Source: Azolla caroliniana (lineage: Eukaryota > Plantae > Polypodiophyta). From it: 64,000 nucleotides of DNA. The translations under genes were made by a program, and so were the position numbers. Location of the stretch: NCBI GenBank assembly GCA_043228905.1, contig JBHGNT010000010.1:2294001-2358000 (forward strand), in the 5' to 3' direction. Below the pieces are notes generated by a model. The model searched no databases. It was not told where the DNA came from and saw only the letters and a program-made list of their open reading frames with translations. Below, in pieces: positions 1 through 11,430 of the stretch (positions are counted from its first letter, which is position 1; each line of letters opens with the position of its first letter).

Positions 1-530
1 TCCTTGTACGTTCGTTTGTCTTGTGACTAGGGAACGTTTCGGGCATGCCCATGCACCTCTCCTCCTCATAAAGGCGTACGAGCATTTTGTGCATGTGTTT
101 GTGTCTTCCTTGTACGTTCATTCGTCTTGTGACGAGGGAGCGTTTCGGGCGTGCCCATGCATCTCTCCTTCTCACAAAGGCGTACGAGCATTTTGTGCGT
201 GTGTTTGTGTCTTCCTTGTACGTTTGGTCGTCTTGTGACGAGGGAGCGTTTCGAGCGTGCCCATGCACCTCTCCTCCTCATAAAGACGTACGAGCATTTG
301 TGTGTGTGTTTGTGTATTCCTTGTACGTTCGGTCGTCTTGTGACGAGGGAGCGTTCAGACTTGCCCATGTACCTCTCCTCCTCATAAAGGCGTATGAGCA
401 TTTGTGCGTGTGTTTTGTGTCTTCCTTGTACGTTCAACGTCTTGGGAAAAGGGAGCATTAGGGCGTGCCCATGCACCTCTCCTCCTCATAAAGACGTACG
501 GGCATTCGTGTTTGTGTTGTCGTCCCCTTG
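1..530. repeat. 105-106 bp tandem repeat (about 5 units) inside the LTR
   Basis: TCCTTGTACGTT recurs at 1, 107, 213, 318 and 423. Confidence 0.95.
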
Positions 531-793
531 TGCGTTCATCTTGCGTGATCATCTTAGCTTGTACCTGTTTGATCAGTGGCTCGTGTGGTGATCTCGAAAA
601 GCCAACTAGTCGTGATCAAAGAAAGCCACTGACCTCACAAAAGGGGCAACGAGCCCTTGCTTGTGAAGGGGTCGGGAAGTAGTATTGTCGTAAAGCAAAC
701 CTTCGGTCTTCTCTATCCCTTCTGTACTTCCCAGTCCAAGACCCACGTGGTCCCGCCTAAGTAAGACACACACACGCGCGAAACATCGTCACA
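1..793 (+). mobile_element. 3' part of the 5' LTR of a Ty3/gypsy retrotransposon
   Basis: Ends ...AAACATCGTCACA just before the PBS. Homologous to 9315-10233 and, at its extreme end, to 8860-8936. Confidence 0.85.
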
Positions 794-798
794 TAAAT

Positions 799-816
799 TG
801 GTGAACCCAACGTGAA
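799..816 (+). promoter_or_regulatory. Primer-binding site complementary to the tRNA-Trp 3' end
   Basis: TGGTGAACCCAACGTGAA differs at 1 base from the reverse complement of the plant tRNA-Trp 3' end (TGGTGAACCCGACGTGAA, recalled sequence). It lies 5 nt after the LTR end. Confidence 0.8.
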
Positions 817-838
817 AGGGCGGCAAGGGAGAACCAAT

Positions 839-2981
839 ATGCGAGGAGGAGAACTCGTTGAAGCGATGGTGGTGGCGGTGGACCGCTTGGTAAATGCCCG
901 AGAAGGCATCACCGGCCTAGACCGGGCCATAGAGATGGTGGTTAGCACAACGGGTTGGTTCAATGGAAGAGATATCATGAGCTACTTGCATGCCTATAAG
1001 GCCGAAATGCTTATGCGAAACGTTCCTGATGATAGGTGGCTAACCGGATTCGCTAGGGTGGTAACGGCGAGTATCCACGCAGAGGTACTTGAGATCCAAG
1101 AAAATTGTTGCAATTGGGTGGAGTTCGAAGAAAGACTCCTCGAGAAGTATGGCCTTGATGACTCACTTAGAATTTCGAAAAGGGATCTAATGGAGTGGGT
1201 TTAGCTTCCCGGCAAGGGGAGAAATACTATGGCACTTCTACAAGAATTTGAGAAGTGCTTCGCGCTACTCTCAGCTCTCGATAGGATGGTGCTTGACACA
1301 AGCAAGGTCCTACTATTCATAAAAGTTGTTGATCACGAGACCGAGAGAAGGTGGGGCTCCTCCTCGAAACTGATGATGGGCTCACGACGGATTGGGCTAT
1401 GGTAAAGCGGGTTTGTAGTCGCTTCGATAAGAGAAGGGAATGGAACGATGGGTCTCCATTGAGCGGCCAAACATCCACGGGCTCCATTAGTGAGACACAC
1501 GAACCCAAGGGTGGTAGAGCACCTCAAGAAAGAGAGCAAGCAAATGCAAGGTTCGTCCCCGAGAGAAACGTGGTTGAAGCACCATCGGGAGGGTCGTCAA
1601 TAGACGAGCTCACAAAGATGGTGCGAGATCTCCAAATAGCACAAGCTAGGAGAGAGAGTGGCGGCCCTCAAGATCGACGTCCCCCATTCGCGCAAAGATG
1701 TATGTGGTGCGACAATCCCAAGCACCTACGAAGGGAGTGCGCAGACTTACAAGAGGACCTAAGAAGGGATATTGTCTATCTTTGGAACAATAGGGTCTAT
1801 TCGTTGGAGACAAGGCGCCCCTTGGGATTGAATCAAGGCCGAGGGGGCATGAGAAGGCTAATGGAGGCCAAAGCACGACATGTTGAAGTCGTCCACTACT
1901 CGGCAACGGTTGGGATCCGAGTGGGGAAAGAGGTGAGAAGGCAAGAGGAGAAAGAGTTTGAATTTTGGTCGTCAATCCTTGGAAGCCTCTCTAGGGGAAA
2001 GTTCAAAAGAGAAGAAGCGGATGAAGCGGAAAGAAGGGTCGAAGAAGCAACCGGGTGGAAGGATCCGATGGAAGAAAAGACAGGCTTAGTGGAAGCCGCT
2101 TGCCAAAACTATGAAGTAATGGTAGAAGAGAAGGTAGGAAATGACGAGGGAGCTGGTCTATCAAGGAAATACGACACTCGAGGTGCACGAAGAAGGAAAG
2201 AGCCGAACCAGTCTCAAGCACACAACGAAAGATGGAAAGAGAAGGGGAAGCCCCCCAACTTCAAGCTTTTCTCGGAGATCGAACAAGCAACGGACTTGAA
2301 GAAGGTAATGGAGGAAAGGATCCTCGATAGTCATGTAGAGTTTACATTGCGAGAGGTCCTCGGAATTGCCAAGAAAGAATCTCACGAGATCATCATCGAC
2401 CTAATGAAGAGGAAACGGTTCTCGACGGAGCAAGAACTGGCAAAGCCTGCGATTGTAAATGCATTGTGAACGGAGGTTCCCGAGGAAGACGAAGACTATG
2501 CGGACAGTCACTACACAAGGCCGCATTGGGCAAGAGCGACAACGGAGACACCGGTACAGGTCGGAGATGTAAAAGAGCCGGTTGTAGCATTGATCGACCA
2601 TGGCTCTGAGATCAACCTTATGTCCATGGACTTTTATAAATAGGGAAAGTGGTCGATCAACACGAAGCACGGGTGGAAGATTAGAGCGGTGACTTCAGCA
2701 ACCGATGAGCTATACAAGGCTTGCCCAAATGTACGTGTGAAGGTGGGATCGTAGAAAGAGATCAACATTTCTTTGTTCAAGAGACGTCCTCGCACCCAGT
2801 CATCTTGGTTGAACCATACATCACGGCGGCTCGCATGGAGACGAAGGTGCTAGACAACGGGTCGGCATATGCGAGAGTCAAGAGCCAAAATGGGAAGCAT
2901 TCGGTCCAATTCCTTACGGTGAGGCCCAACCATGAGTGCAATCAAGCCTCCCTCAAAGGGGAGAGCCGAGAGGATTTTTGA
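839..2981 (+). pseudogene. Ty3/gypsy gag + aspartic protease, interrupted by stops and frameshifts
   Basis: ORF fragments 812-1204, 1351-2469 and 2721-2981. Zinc knuckle CMWCDNPKHLRREC. Protease-like ALIDHGSEINLM with D at 2596. Confidence 0.85.
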
Positions 2982-3016
2982 TACGGGCTATTAAAGAGTG
3001 GGGGCGCAATAGCCCG
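2972..3016 (+). promoter_or_regulatory. Candidate -1 programmed ribosomal frameshift signal
   Basis: G GAT TTT directly before the gag-PR stop TGA, then a 5-nt spacer and a perfect 9-bp stem CGGGCTATT/AATAGCCCG. The next ORF (2936-3334) is in the -1 frame. Confidence 0.7.
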
Positions 3017-4243
3017 AGGCAAACTAAGACCCTAAACCCTTGCAAAACAATTGAATGTAATAGGAAACAATTTTGGTTCTCCGAAAATGGAGCTTGTAAA
3101 ATTACTAGTTTAAGTGATAGAGATAAGCCTAACGCCAAGAGATACGAAAGGTATCTCAAACAATGTAATTTATTGGGGGAAGATGACACCATAAGCGGCG
3201 CCATGGAGGCGGTCTCATTCGACGACACTCTCAGAGAGATGGAGAGGATAGTCATTTCGGGCCTCAATGAAGACAAGGTAATTCCAGTCAACTCAGTTGA
3301 CGTGTACACCGCCATCGAAGGCTTGGGCGGTTGATTAAGGAAGCGAGGACGGTCAAGGTGCAAACAAAGTACAAGACCATGGACAAGAAGGTGAAGCCTG
3401 TGGCTGTTCCATTGCCTAACGATAGTTGGGATCGGATAAAGGGGGTCGAGGTTGATCCTAGCTTGCGGGACCCACAAGGCATAGGGCACCGGTTCACCGA
3501 CGAGACGCGACAGAAGCTCCTGATTGGTGGGGGTGGCTTCCTATTGCCTAGGGAGGAGGAAAGATTTACAAGGATGATCGAAAGCCACGGAAGGGCTTTC
3601 GCCTTCTCGTCGGGTGAGATAGGGTGCGTAAACCCTAAGATCATGGAGCCAATGGTGATCTTTACGGTACCGTATGTACCGTGGAACATCAAACCAATCC
3701 CGGTTCCGAGAGCTCACATCCCGAAGTTGATTGAGCTACTCAAGGAAAAGATCGAGATGGGTATCCTCGAGCCATCAAGCACCCCATACTCGAATCGGTG
3801 GTTCAGTGTGCCAAAGAAGAACGGCACCTTACCCTTCATCTAGGACCTAAAACCTGTTAATCAAATGACAATTCAAAATGCAGGGGTCGGGCCGAGCGTT
3901 GACGAATTCGCCGAGGCCTTCGCTAGAAGGTCTATTTATTCGATCGATGATCTATACTCGGGGTATGATCAATTCCAACTAGTTGTGGAGAGTAGGGACA
4001 TCACGACGATGTGGGCCCCTATAGGCCTAGTGCAAATGTGTTCCTTGCCACAAGGAGGCACTAACTTTGTAGCCCACATGGTAAATTCAATGAACAAGGT
4101 ATTGAGAGATTGCATCCAAGACATCACCATGCCGTTCCTCGATGACATCCCCATAAAAGGGTGCTCGGAAGCGGAGAAATATGAAACCTTGGACGAGGAT
4201 GGGTGCAGACGTTTTGTGGCATATCACATCTCCGATTGTGAGA

Positions 4244-4472
4244 AGGTTCTACAAAGACTCGAAGATGTACGCTTGACCTTCTCGGGTGAGAAATCGTCTT
4301 TCGGCCAACCGAAGATCCTTGTGGTGGGACACTTCTGCGGGGCGTACGGACAGAAGCCAGGTTCTACAAAGACTCGAAGATGCACGCTTGACCTCTCGGG
4401 TGAGAAATCGTCTTTCGGCCAACCGAAGATCCTTGTGGTGGGACACTTCTACGGGGCGTACGGACAGAAGCC
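4244..4472 (+). repeat. 115-bp tandem duplication within RT
   Basis: AGGTTCTACAAAGACTCGAAGATG at 4244 and 4359; the peptide SGEKSSFGQPKILVVGHF is duplicated. Confidence 0.95.
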
Positions 4473-4690
4473 ATCCCCAGCAAAGGTGGACGCCATCACA
4501 GACATGAGGGAAGAATGTAAATCGCAAACAGAGGTGAGGCGATTTCTTGGTGCCTGTGCATTCTAGCACATCTGGATCCCGCACTACGCTCACCTACCCT
4601 TGGATGGGCTACTCAAGAAGGGGCGGAAGTTCAAGAGGGAGGAAGAGCACACAAAGGCAATGAAGAGGCTCAAAGGAATGTTGGTAGCGG

Positions 4691-4826
4691 TGTCGAGGTA
4701 GTTGTGGTTCATGCGACGAAGTCGCGGGGACCAAGGTTAAGGGGAGTTGAAGAAACTTAACTTTTAATAAGGCTTGTATGGTGATGATAGAATGGTTAAG
4801 GATAGTAAGACGAAGAGTTACAAGTA

Positions 4827-4884
<58 letters not shown>

Positions 4885-5627
4885 CGAGCATAGATAAAAG
4901 ATAGAGACAATGTATGATTCAAGAATTAAGAAGATTTAGACAAAGTATGATTCTAGAAACAAGAGTATATGATATAAACATGATGTATATTAAAAATATA
5001 ATATTTTACCAACTTTACAATCCTTGATCGTAAGATGAATCTTTTCAATACCGACCCTTGATTTGAACCCGCGACTTCCACTTTGAAACGCAAGGCTCTT
5101 CACCGAATAAGATATCTTTAACACTTGCTTAGATTCCTCTTTCTTCCTCTTTCTCTTGATTGATCCCCTTTTGTTTTCCTATCCCCTCTTTTTATAAGTA
5201 TTTCCATGCATATGGTAATGGCATGCATGTAATGCATGAGTTACATCTGATGCATGATCGCCATTTGGCGCACATGCATTGCATGTGATGCATGATAGCC
5301 ATCATGCTCATTTGAGCTCCCATGTATTGTGATAAGTATAATGATGGATATAACCCTAAAACAAATAACCTAGCTTAGTGGTGTATGCTTTGTGCTTGAT
5401 ATACAAGGTTGAGGGTTCAAGTCCCTCAATTTTACTTAATACAATGTTTAAGTTTATTCTTATATAGTGAAGCACATTCTTGACAACATTTCTAAAAACA
5501 AATAGCCTACCCTAATGGTATATACGTTGTACTTCGTATATAAGGATGTGGGTTCAAGTCTCTCAAATATTATTAAATACAACATTTAAGCTCATTTTTT
5601 ATATCGTGAAGCACATTCTTCACAATA
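4691..5627 (-). mobile_element. Solo-LTR-like insertion in pol
   Basis: Splits codons LVA|APALRK. Termini TGTCGAGG...CACAATA. 4-bp TSD-like GCGG/TCGG. Reverse-strand TATA (CTTATAAAAAGAGGGG) at about 5183-5198. Contains (GT)n(GA)n. Confidence 0.75.
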
Positions 5628-7523
5628 TCGGCACCAGCTTTACGAAAAGTCGTATACCAGGAAGGGGTGCCCATCTACGTGACGGTAGATACGAATCCAA
5701 GAGGGATTGGATGGGTCATCAACCAAGAAGGAGAGGATGGTACACGCTACGCCATCCGGTTTGGAGCCAAGGTCTTAAGCTAGCGACAACGAGGATACAC
5801 CCAAGTAAAACGTGAGCTTTGGGGTATTGTGTCCGCAGTGAAGGTGGATAAAGATTACCTAATCGGGTCAGAGGTGGTAATAGAAACGAATTGCCTTCCA
5901 ATCCTAGGGATGGTTTCGGGATGTGCAACACCTGACCTAGCTATGCTAAGATGGATTGCTTACATCAAATCAATGAACCCATAGATTCACCACATTTCAG
6001 GGAAGAACAATGTCATGGTAGATATGCTATCGAGGGCGAAAGCGACATGGTGTCTGAAGATGAGGATGTCACTCTTGACTTCTTTAAGACGGCCCAGGCG
6101 TCTATAGATGATCAAGATGTGTGAGTACTCCACACCTTCAACGAAAGTGAACACAAAGGGGAGTGGCTACACATTGGCAAGTTCTTAAGCTCAATGACGG
6201 TGGATAGTTCATGGTCGAAGGAGGAAGCATAGAGAGTCTGAAAGAAAGCGTACAAGTACTTCCTAGGAGAGGGATTCCTATGGAGGCACCCAAAGAGATG
6301 GACGGGGACGCCACAACAAGTGGTCATAAAAGAAGAGGACCATACAACATTGGTGTCTGAGTTCCACGAGAGTCCTTGGGCGGGCCATAGAGGAACGTGG
6401 GCCACATTTGAGAAGTTAAAGGAGAAGTATTGGTGGCCGGGAATGTACAAGGATGTCGCCCATTTTGTGGGGACGTGTGAAAGCTGTTAGATACACTCAA
6501 ACTCACCATACACTTCAAATGGATGGTGGATTTGGTTTCGATGCCGATGGGAGTGGGCCAAATGAAATATTTGGTGCTAGCAAGAGAAGACCTAACAAAC
6601 CAAGTAGAAGGGCGAGCCTTAGCAAACAAAACGACAGCGGGGGTGTGTAAATTCTTACTTGAGGATGTCATCTGCCGGTACGAATGTGTGGGAAAGATAG
6701 TGGCCGACAGAGGAGAGTTGAATGCTCGCGAAGCTACAGAGCTCTTTGACCGACTTGGAGTGAAGCTCTCTCTCACGACCGTTTATAACCTAGAGGCTAA
6801 TGGAAAGATAGAACGTGGACACGGGCCTATCGTAAAAGCCATTGTAAGAGCTTGTGATGGGTGAGTCAGGAATTGGCCTCGGCTACTACCTTATGCCTTG
6901 TGGGCCGACATAACAACTCATTGCTCAATTACAAGTTTCATGCCAGCTGAACTCATGTACGGACAAAAGTCGGTGATGCCCATTGAAGACACGATCGCTT
7001 CATGGGTAGCGATGTCGTGGGAAAACGAGAGGAGTCGAGAAGAGCTTTTAGCCACAAGGATAAGGCAACTTGAGAGAAGACCCAAAGGCTTGGAGTTGGC
7101 AAAGGAGAGGTTCGAAGCGGCTAGGCTAAGTAACAAAGCCCGATTCGACAAGACACACCGACTACACCCTCAGAAGATCGAAGAAGGAGACTAGGTGATT
7201 GTGTATTATAGTTGTCTCGACAATCAACATAGCTCGATGCACAAATTCGCAAAGCAATGGTTCAGTCGTACGTGGTAACGAGTGCAAACGATAATACTAC
7301 CTACCACCTCGTTGAACTTGATGGGACTAAGCTGGCAGTACCAATAGCAGGGAAGCGGGTCAAAATTTTCAAAAAGCAACACGATAGGGAGCCAAACCTC
7401 GATGACCTTGACGGAGATAAAGGTGAGCAAACAACAAGTCGCGGGGTCAATGAGGAGGAGGAAATGAACTATTGACCACCCTCAACCCGCCATTCTTGGC
7501 ACATACCGGAGGATGTGCGGTTT

Positions 7524-7535
7524 GGTGGGGGTGGA
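7524..7535 (+). promoter_or_regulatory. Polypurine tract
   Basis: GGTGGGGGTGGA immediately before the LTR start TGTCGTGATGT. Confidence 0.7.
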
Positions 7536-8936
7536 TGTCGTGATGTGGCGTGCTTGAGAGTGGGAAAAACCGGCGAAAGGGGGGGGGGGTCAAAAATGTG
7601 CATGTGCAACGTGTGTGCACACAAAAGCAATTAGTTGTGCATATGCAAAATAAAAGGGAAAAGAAAGGGTGGAAAGGATGCATAGAAGCCCGTGCAAAAA
7701 GTAAGAGAGAAGAGAGATAAAATGTAGAGCAGATACAGACTAAGAATTTATAGAGATAGAATTATATATTGTATAAGAGAGAGTTAATGGGCTAGTGGGT
7801 AGTCACATTGACTACTAGCTAGAGGTGCATGTTTCAAATCTAGTTGTATAGTACAACGTGATTTAAGGAATTTTATTCCTTTTTCATTGAAGACAAAATT
7901 GGCGACCCCCCCTTCTCTTTTTCCTATAAAAGGAGGTCGAGGGGGGCTCATTCGAGAGGATGTTTTGTGGAGGAGGAGACTATCGCCAATTTTCCTTCAA
8001 AGCTCTTCATCTTCTTATTCACCGCTTCTCTTCATCTCATACCCCTTTATCCCCCCACCGCCACGTGCTCGTCTTCTTCGCGTCGGGACTCGAAGTGCTC
8101 GTGAGCCCAAGCTTCGTTGGTTCGACGTTGCTCTACCCCGTTTGTCGTTGCAAGCTCGTGTTCTCGTCATTCGAGTGGTCGTGGTTCGTTGGGGTTGGCA
8201 TTTTGGTGGTGCTCGTGTGTTCATCTTCGCAGTGGTCACTTTTGCTCTTATCTCTAAGGGCATTTAGTATTTATGTTTTGATTGAGCCGGTGGTTAGCTA
8301 GAAGTTGCTATTGTAATCAAACCCTATTTATAAAGGGGCCTCTTGCGTTGGAATCAAACACGTATTTACTCCTTTGGCCAATATCATTCGTGTTTGTGTT
8401 ATCGTCCCCTTGGGTTCATAAAGAGGATTCGTAGAGAGAGTTCGTAGAGTGGGTTCGTAGAGTGAAGATTCGTAGAGTGTTTGAAGAGAGGATTCGTAGA
8501 GTGGGTTCGCAGAGAGGATTCGTAGAGTGAAGATTCGTAGAGTGAGGATTCATAAATTGAAGATTCGCAGAGAGGATTTGTAGAGAGAGTTCGTAGAGTG
8601 AAGATTCGTAGAGTGTTTGAAGAGAGGATTCGTAGAGTGGGTGCACAGAGAGGATTCGTAGAGAGAGTTCGTAGGGTAAAGATTCGTAGAGTGAGGATTC
8701 ATAGAGTGAAAATTCGTAGAGAGGATTTGTAGAGAGAGTTCGTAGAGTGAAGATCCGTAGAGTGAGGATTCGTAGAGTGAAGATTCGATTCGTAGAGTGA
8801 GGATTCGTAGAGTGGGTTCGAAGAGTGCTTTATATTTAAATTAATTATTTATTTATTTATTTATCCCTTGAGTACTCCCTAGTCCAAGACCCCATGGTCC
8901 TGCCCAAGTAACACACGTGTGCGAAACTTTGCGACA
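7536..8936 (+). mobile_element. 3' LTR (variant with a 13-15 bp repeat array)
   Basis: Runs TGTCG...CGACA. TATA box CTATAAAAGG at about 7924. Its end is homologous to the 5' LTR end. Confidence 0.8.
8422..8826. repeat. Minisatellite of 13-15 bp units (GAGGATTCGTAGAGT-like)
   Basis: Roughly 20 or more exact or near-exact TTCGTAGAG cores. Confidence 0.95.
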
Positions 8937-10233
8937 ACGTGCTCGTCTTCTTCGCGTTGGCACTCAAAGTGCTCGTTTACGGTGCTCGTGAGCCCGAGTT
9001 TTGTTGGTTTGACATTGCTTCGCCCCGTTCGTTGTTGCAAGCCTGTGTGCTCGCCGTTCAGGTGGTCGTGGTTCGTTGGGGTCGTCATTTTGTGATGCTC
9101 GTGTGTTCGTGCTCCGTGTTTGGATTTGCTCTTGTCTCTAAGGACATTTAGTATTTATGTTTTGTTGACCTTGTGGTTAACTACAAGTTGCCACATTGTA
9201 ATCAAACCCTATTTTATAAAGGGCCCTCTTGTGTTGCAATTGAACACGTATTTATTTCTTAAGCCAATATCATTCGTGTTTTTCTTTCTTTCTTTCTTTC
9301 TTTGTCCTCGTCCACTTGTACGTTCGGCCACCTTGTGACGAGGGAGCGTTTCGGGCGTGCCCATGCACCTCTACTCCTCATAAAGGCGTACGAGCATTTT
9401 GTGCGTGTGCTTGTGTCTTCCTTGTACGTTCAATCATCTTGTGACGAGGGAGCATTTCGGGCGTGCCCATGTACCTCTCCTCCTCATAAAGGCGTACGAG
9501 CATTTGTGTGTGCGTTTGTGTCTTCCTTGTACGTTCGACCGTCTTGTGACGAGGGAGCGTTTCGGGCATGCCCATGCACCTCTCCTCCTCATAAAGGCGT
9601 ACGAGCATTTGTTGCGAGTGTTTGTGTATTCCTTGTACATTCGACTGTCTTGTGACGAGGGAGTGTTTCGGGCGTGCCCATGCACCTCTCCTCCTCATAA
9701 AGGCATACAAGCATTTTGTGTGTGTGATTGTGTCTTCCTTGTACATTTGGCCGTATTGTGATGAGGGAGCGTTTCGGGCATGCCCATGCACCTCTCCTCC
9801 TCATAAAGACGTACGAGCATTTGTGCGTGTGTTTGTGTATTCCTTGTACGTTCGGGCGTCTTGTGACGAGGGAGCGTTCGGGCTTGCCCATGCACCTCTC
9901 CTCCTCATAAAGGCGTACGAGCATTTGTGCGTGTGTTTTGTGTCTTGCTCGTATGTTCGACGTCTTGTGACAAGGGAGCGTTCATGCGTGCCCATGCACC
10001 TCTCCTCCTCATAAAGACGTACGGACATTCGTGTTTGTGTTATCGTCCCCTTGTGCATTCATCTTGCGTGTTCATCTTTGCTTGTACCCGTTTGATCAGT
10101 GGCTCATGCGGTGATCTTGAAAACTCGACTAGTCGTGATCAACAAAAGCCACTGGCCTCACAAAAGGGGCAACGAGCAAGACCAAGACCCTCATGGTCCC
10201 GCCCAAGTAACGCGCGCACGAAACATCACAACG
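8937..10233 (+). mobile_element. 5'-truncated second LTR with about 7 units of the 106-bp repeat
   Basis: 8937-9280 repeats 8062-8400. Units at 9315, 9421, 9526, 9632, 9738, 9843 and 9948. Ends ACATCACAACG. Confidence 0.8.
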
Positions 10234-11430
10234 GGAAAGTGAGCATATTATGCATTTGAGAACACATGCAATCATGGATATATTGAGTGTTGGGTCCTCA
10301 AGAAATACCTTTTCGAAACTTTGGTGACATAGGTGCTTCTCTATGGGTTGGAAGTATGGGGTGATAGCATCCCTAAATCTACTTGGAAATAGTTTGAAAA
10401 TGTCCAAAAACATTTTCTTACAAAGTTTCTACAAGTTAAGAAACAAACGCCATATATCCTCCTCCTCCTCCTTGAGATGGGATCACTTCCCATTGAGATC
10501 ATGGTTATGGAAAGGGTTGTTGAATACATGCTTAAGGTTCAAAAAAGTCCCTCGCATCGACTTCCTAGAATTGCATGGGAAGTAAGCAAAAAAGACCAAA
10601 AAGACGCATAAAAACAAACTTTTGTGTTTTGATTAGATGCAAGATATGAAAAAGTGGTTTGGTAGATGGGATGCAACACATTTTCTTCATGATGCATCAC
10701 TAGATTCCTTTGTAAATGAGGTCTTTTTGTAATGACAATGAATCATGACATGGGAAAAATGTGGAGGCTCACACTTCACACATTATATTGCACATGTTGC
10801 ACTTAACCACAAAACCATATTCTTCGCAGAACGGGAAAACCGTACACATCAATACATGTTAGAGCTCATCCCGTTGTTTGCCATTCGAACCATTGCTTCT
10901 ATGTGACTTAGCTCACATGCATTGCGATGTGAGATAGGGTGTTGGGGCACAAGTGATGAGAGTGATCAACCTTGCACACTTTGTGCTAAACAAGTTCGAG
11001 AGTCTGAGCATCATACTTTGATACAATGCTCTGCCTTTGATCATATTCGACAATGCTTTCCACACATCTTTGACCAAGCCCAATCCTTGCACGAATTTCT
11101 CTCACAACCACAATGTGCACTCTCGATTGCAACATTCATGGGTAAAGTTCTTGAACATCAAAGTCGCTACTCACTTTCACACGTATCACGTGAAATGTAA
11201 TATTTCTGGTCTCATAGGTCATATTTAACCTCCGAAGATGATAATATAATCTATTTATCTATCTTGAATTTCTCTCAAAATCACAACGTACACTCTCAAT
11301 TGCAACCTTCATTGGTAAAGTTCTTGAACATCGAGAGTTGCTACTCACTTTCACATGTATTACGTGATATGTAATGTTTTTAGTCCCATAGGTCATATTT
11401 GACCTACGAAGAGGGATAATAGAATCTCCA
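10234..11430 (+). mobile_element. 5'-truncated RTE-like LINE 3' fragment with a duplicated 3' end
   Basis: LLYGLEVWG and HALRCEIGCW...CTLC...ESEHHTLIQC motifs. (ATCT)n-like tail at about 11249-11263. 11265-11430 duplicates 11092-11250. Confidence 0.75.

Larger units (their letters stand above)
2982..7475 (+). pseudogene. Ty3/gypsy pol (RT-RNaseH-integrase), degenerate, interrupted by a solo LTR
   Basis: RT motifs DLYSGYDQ, LPQG and PFLDD. RNaseH IYVTVDTNPRGIGW. Integrase HHCC (HESPWAGH...CESC) and core VDLV/VADRG/ERGH. Domain order is RT-RH-INT. Confidence 0.9.

Noticed and set aside
1-530. Hammerhead-ribozyme-like fold on the minus strand of the 106-bp repeat (GGG-CACG-CCC-GAAACG...CGUC)
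   Set aside because: The essential CUGANGA core and stem I pairing are absent.
23-682. Many overlapping Cys-rich ORFs here and at 9302-10259
   Set aside because: Artefacts of stop-poor LTR tandem repeats.
5371-5427. Functional tRNA gene
   Set aside because: No acceptor stem pairing, and it lies inside an LTR; reported as tRNA-like only.
8422-8826. CRISPR-like appearance of short repeats
   Set aside because: No unique spacers and no cas genes; this is a minisatellite inside a eukaryotic LTR.
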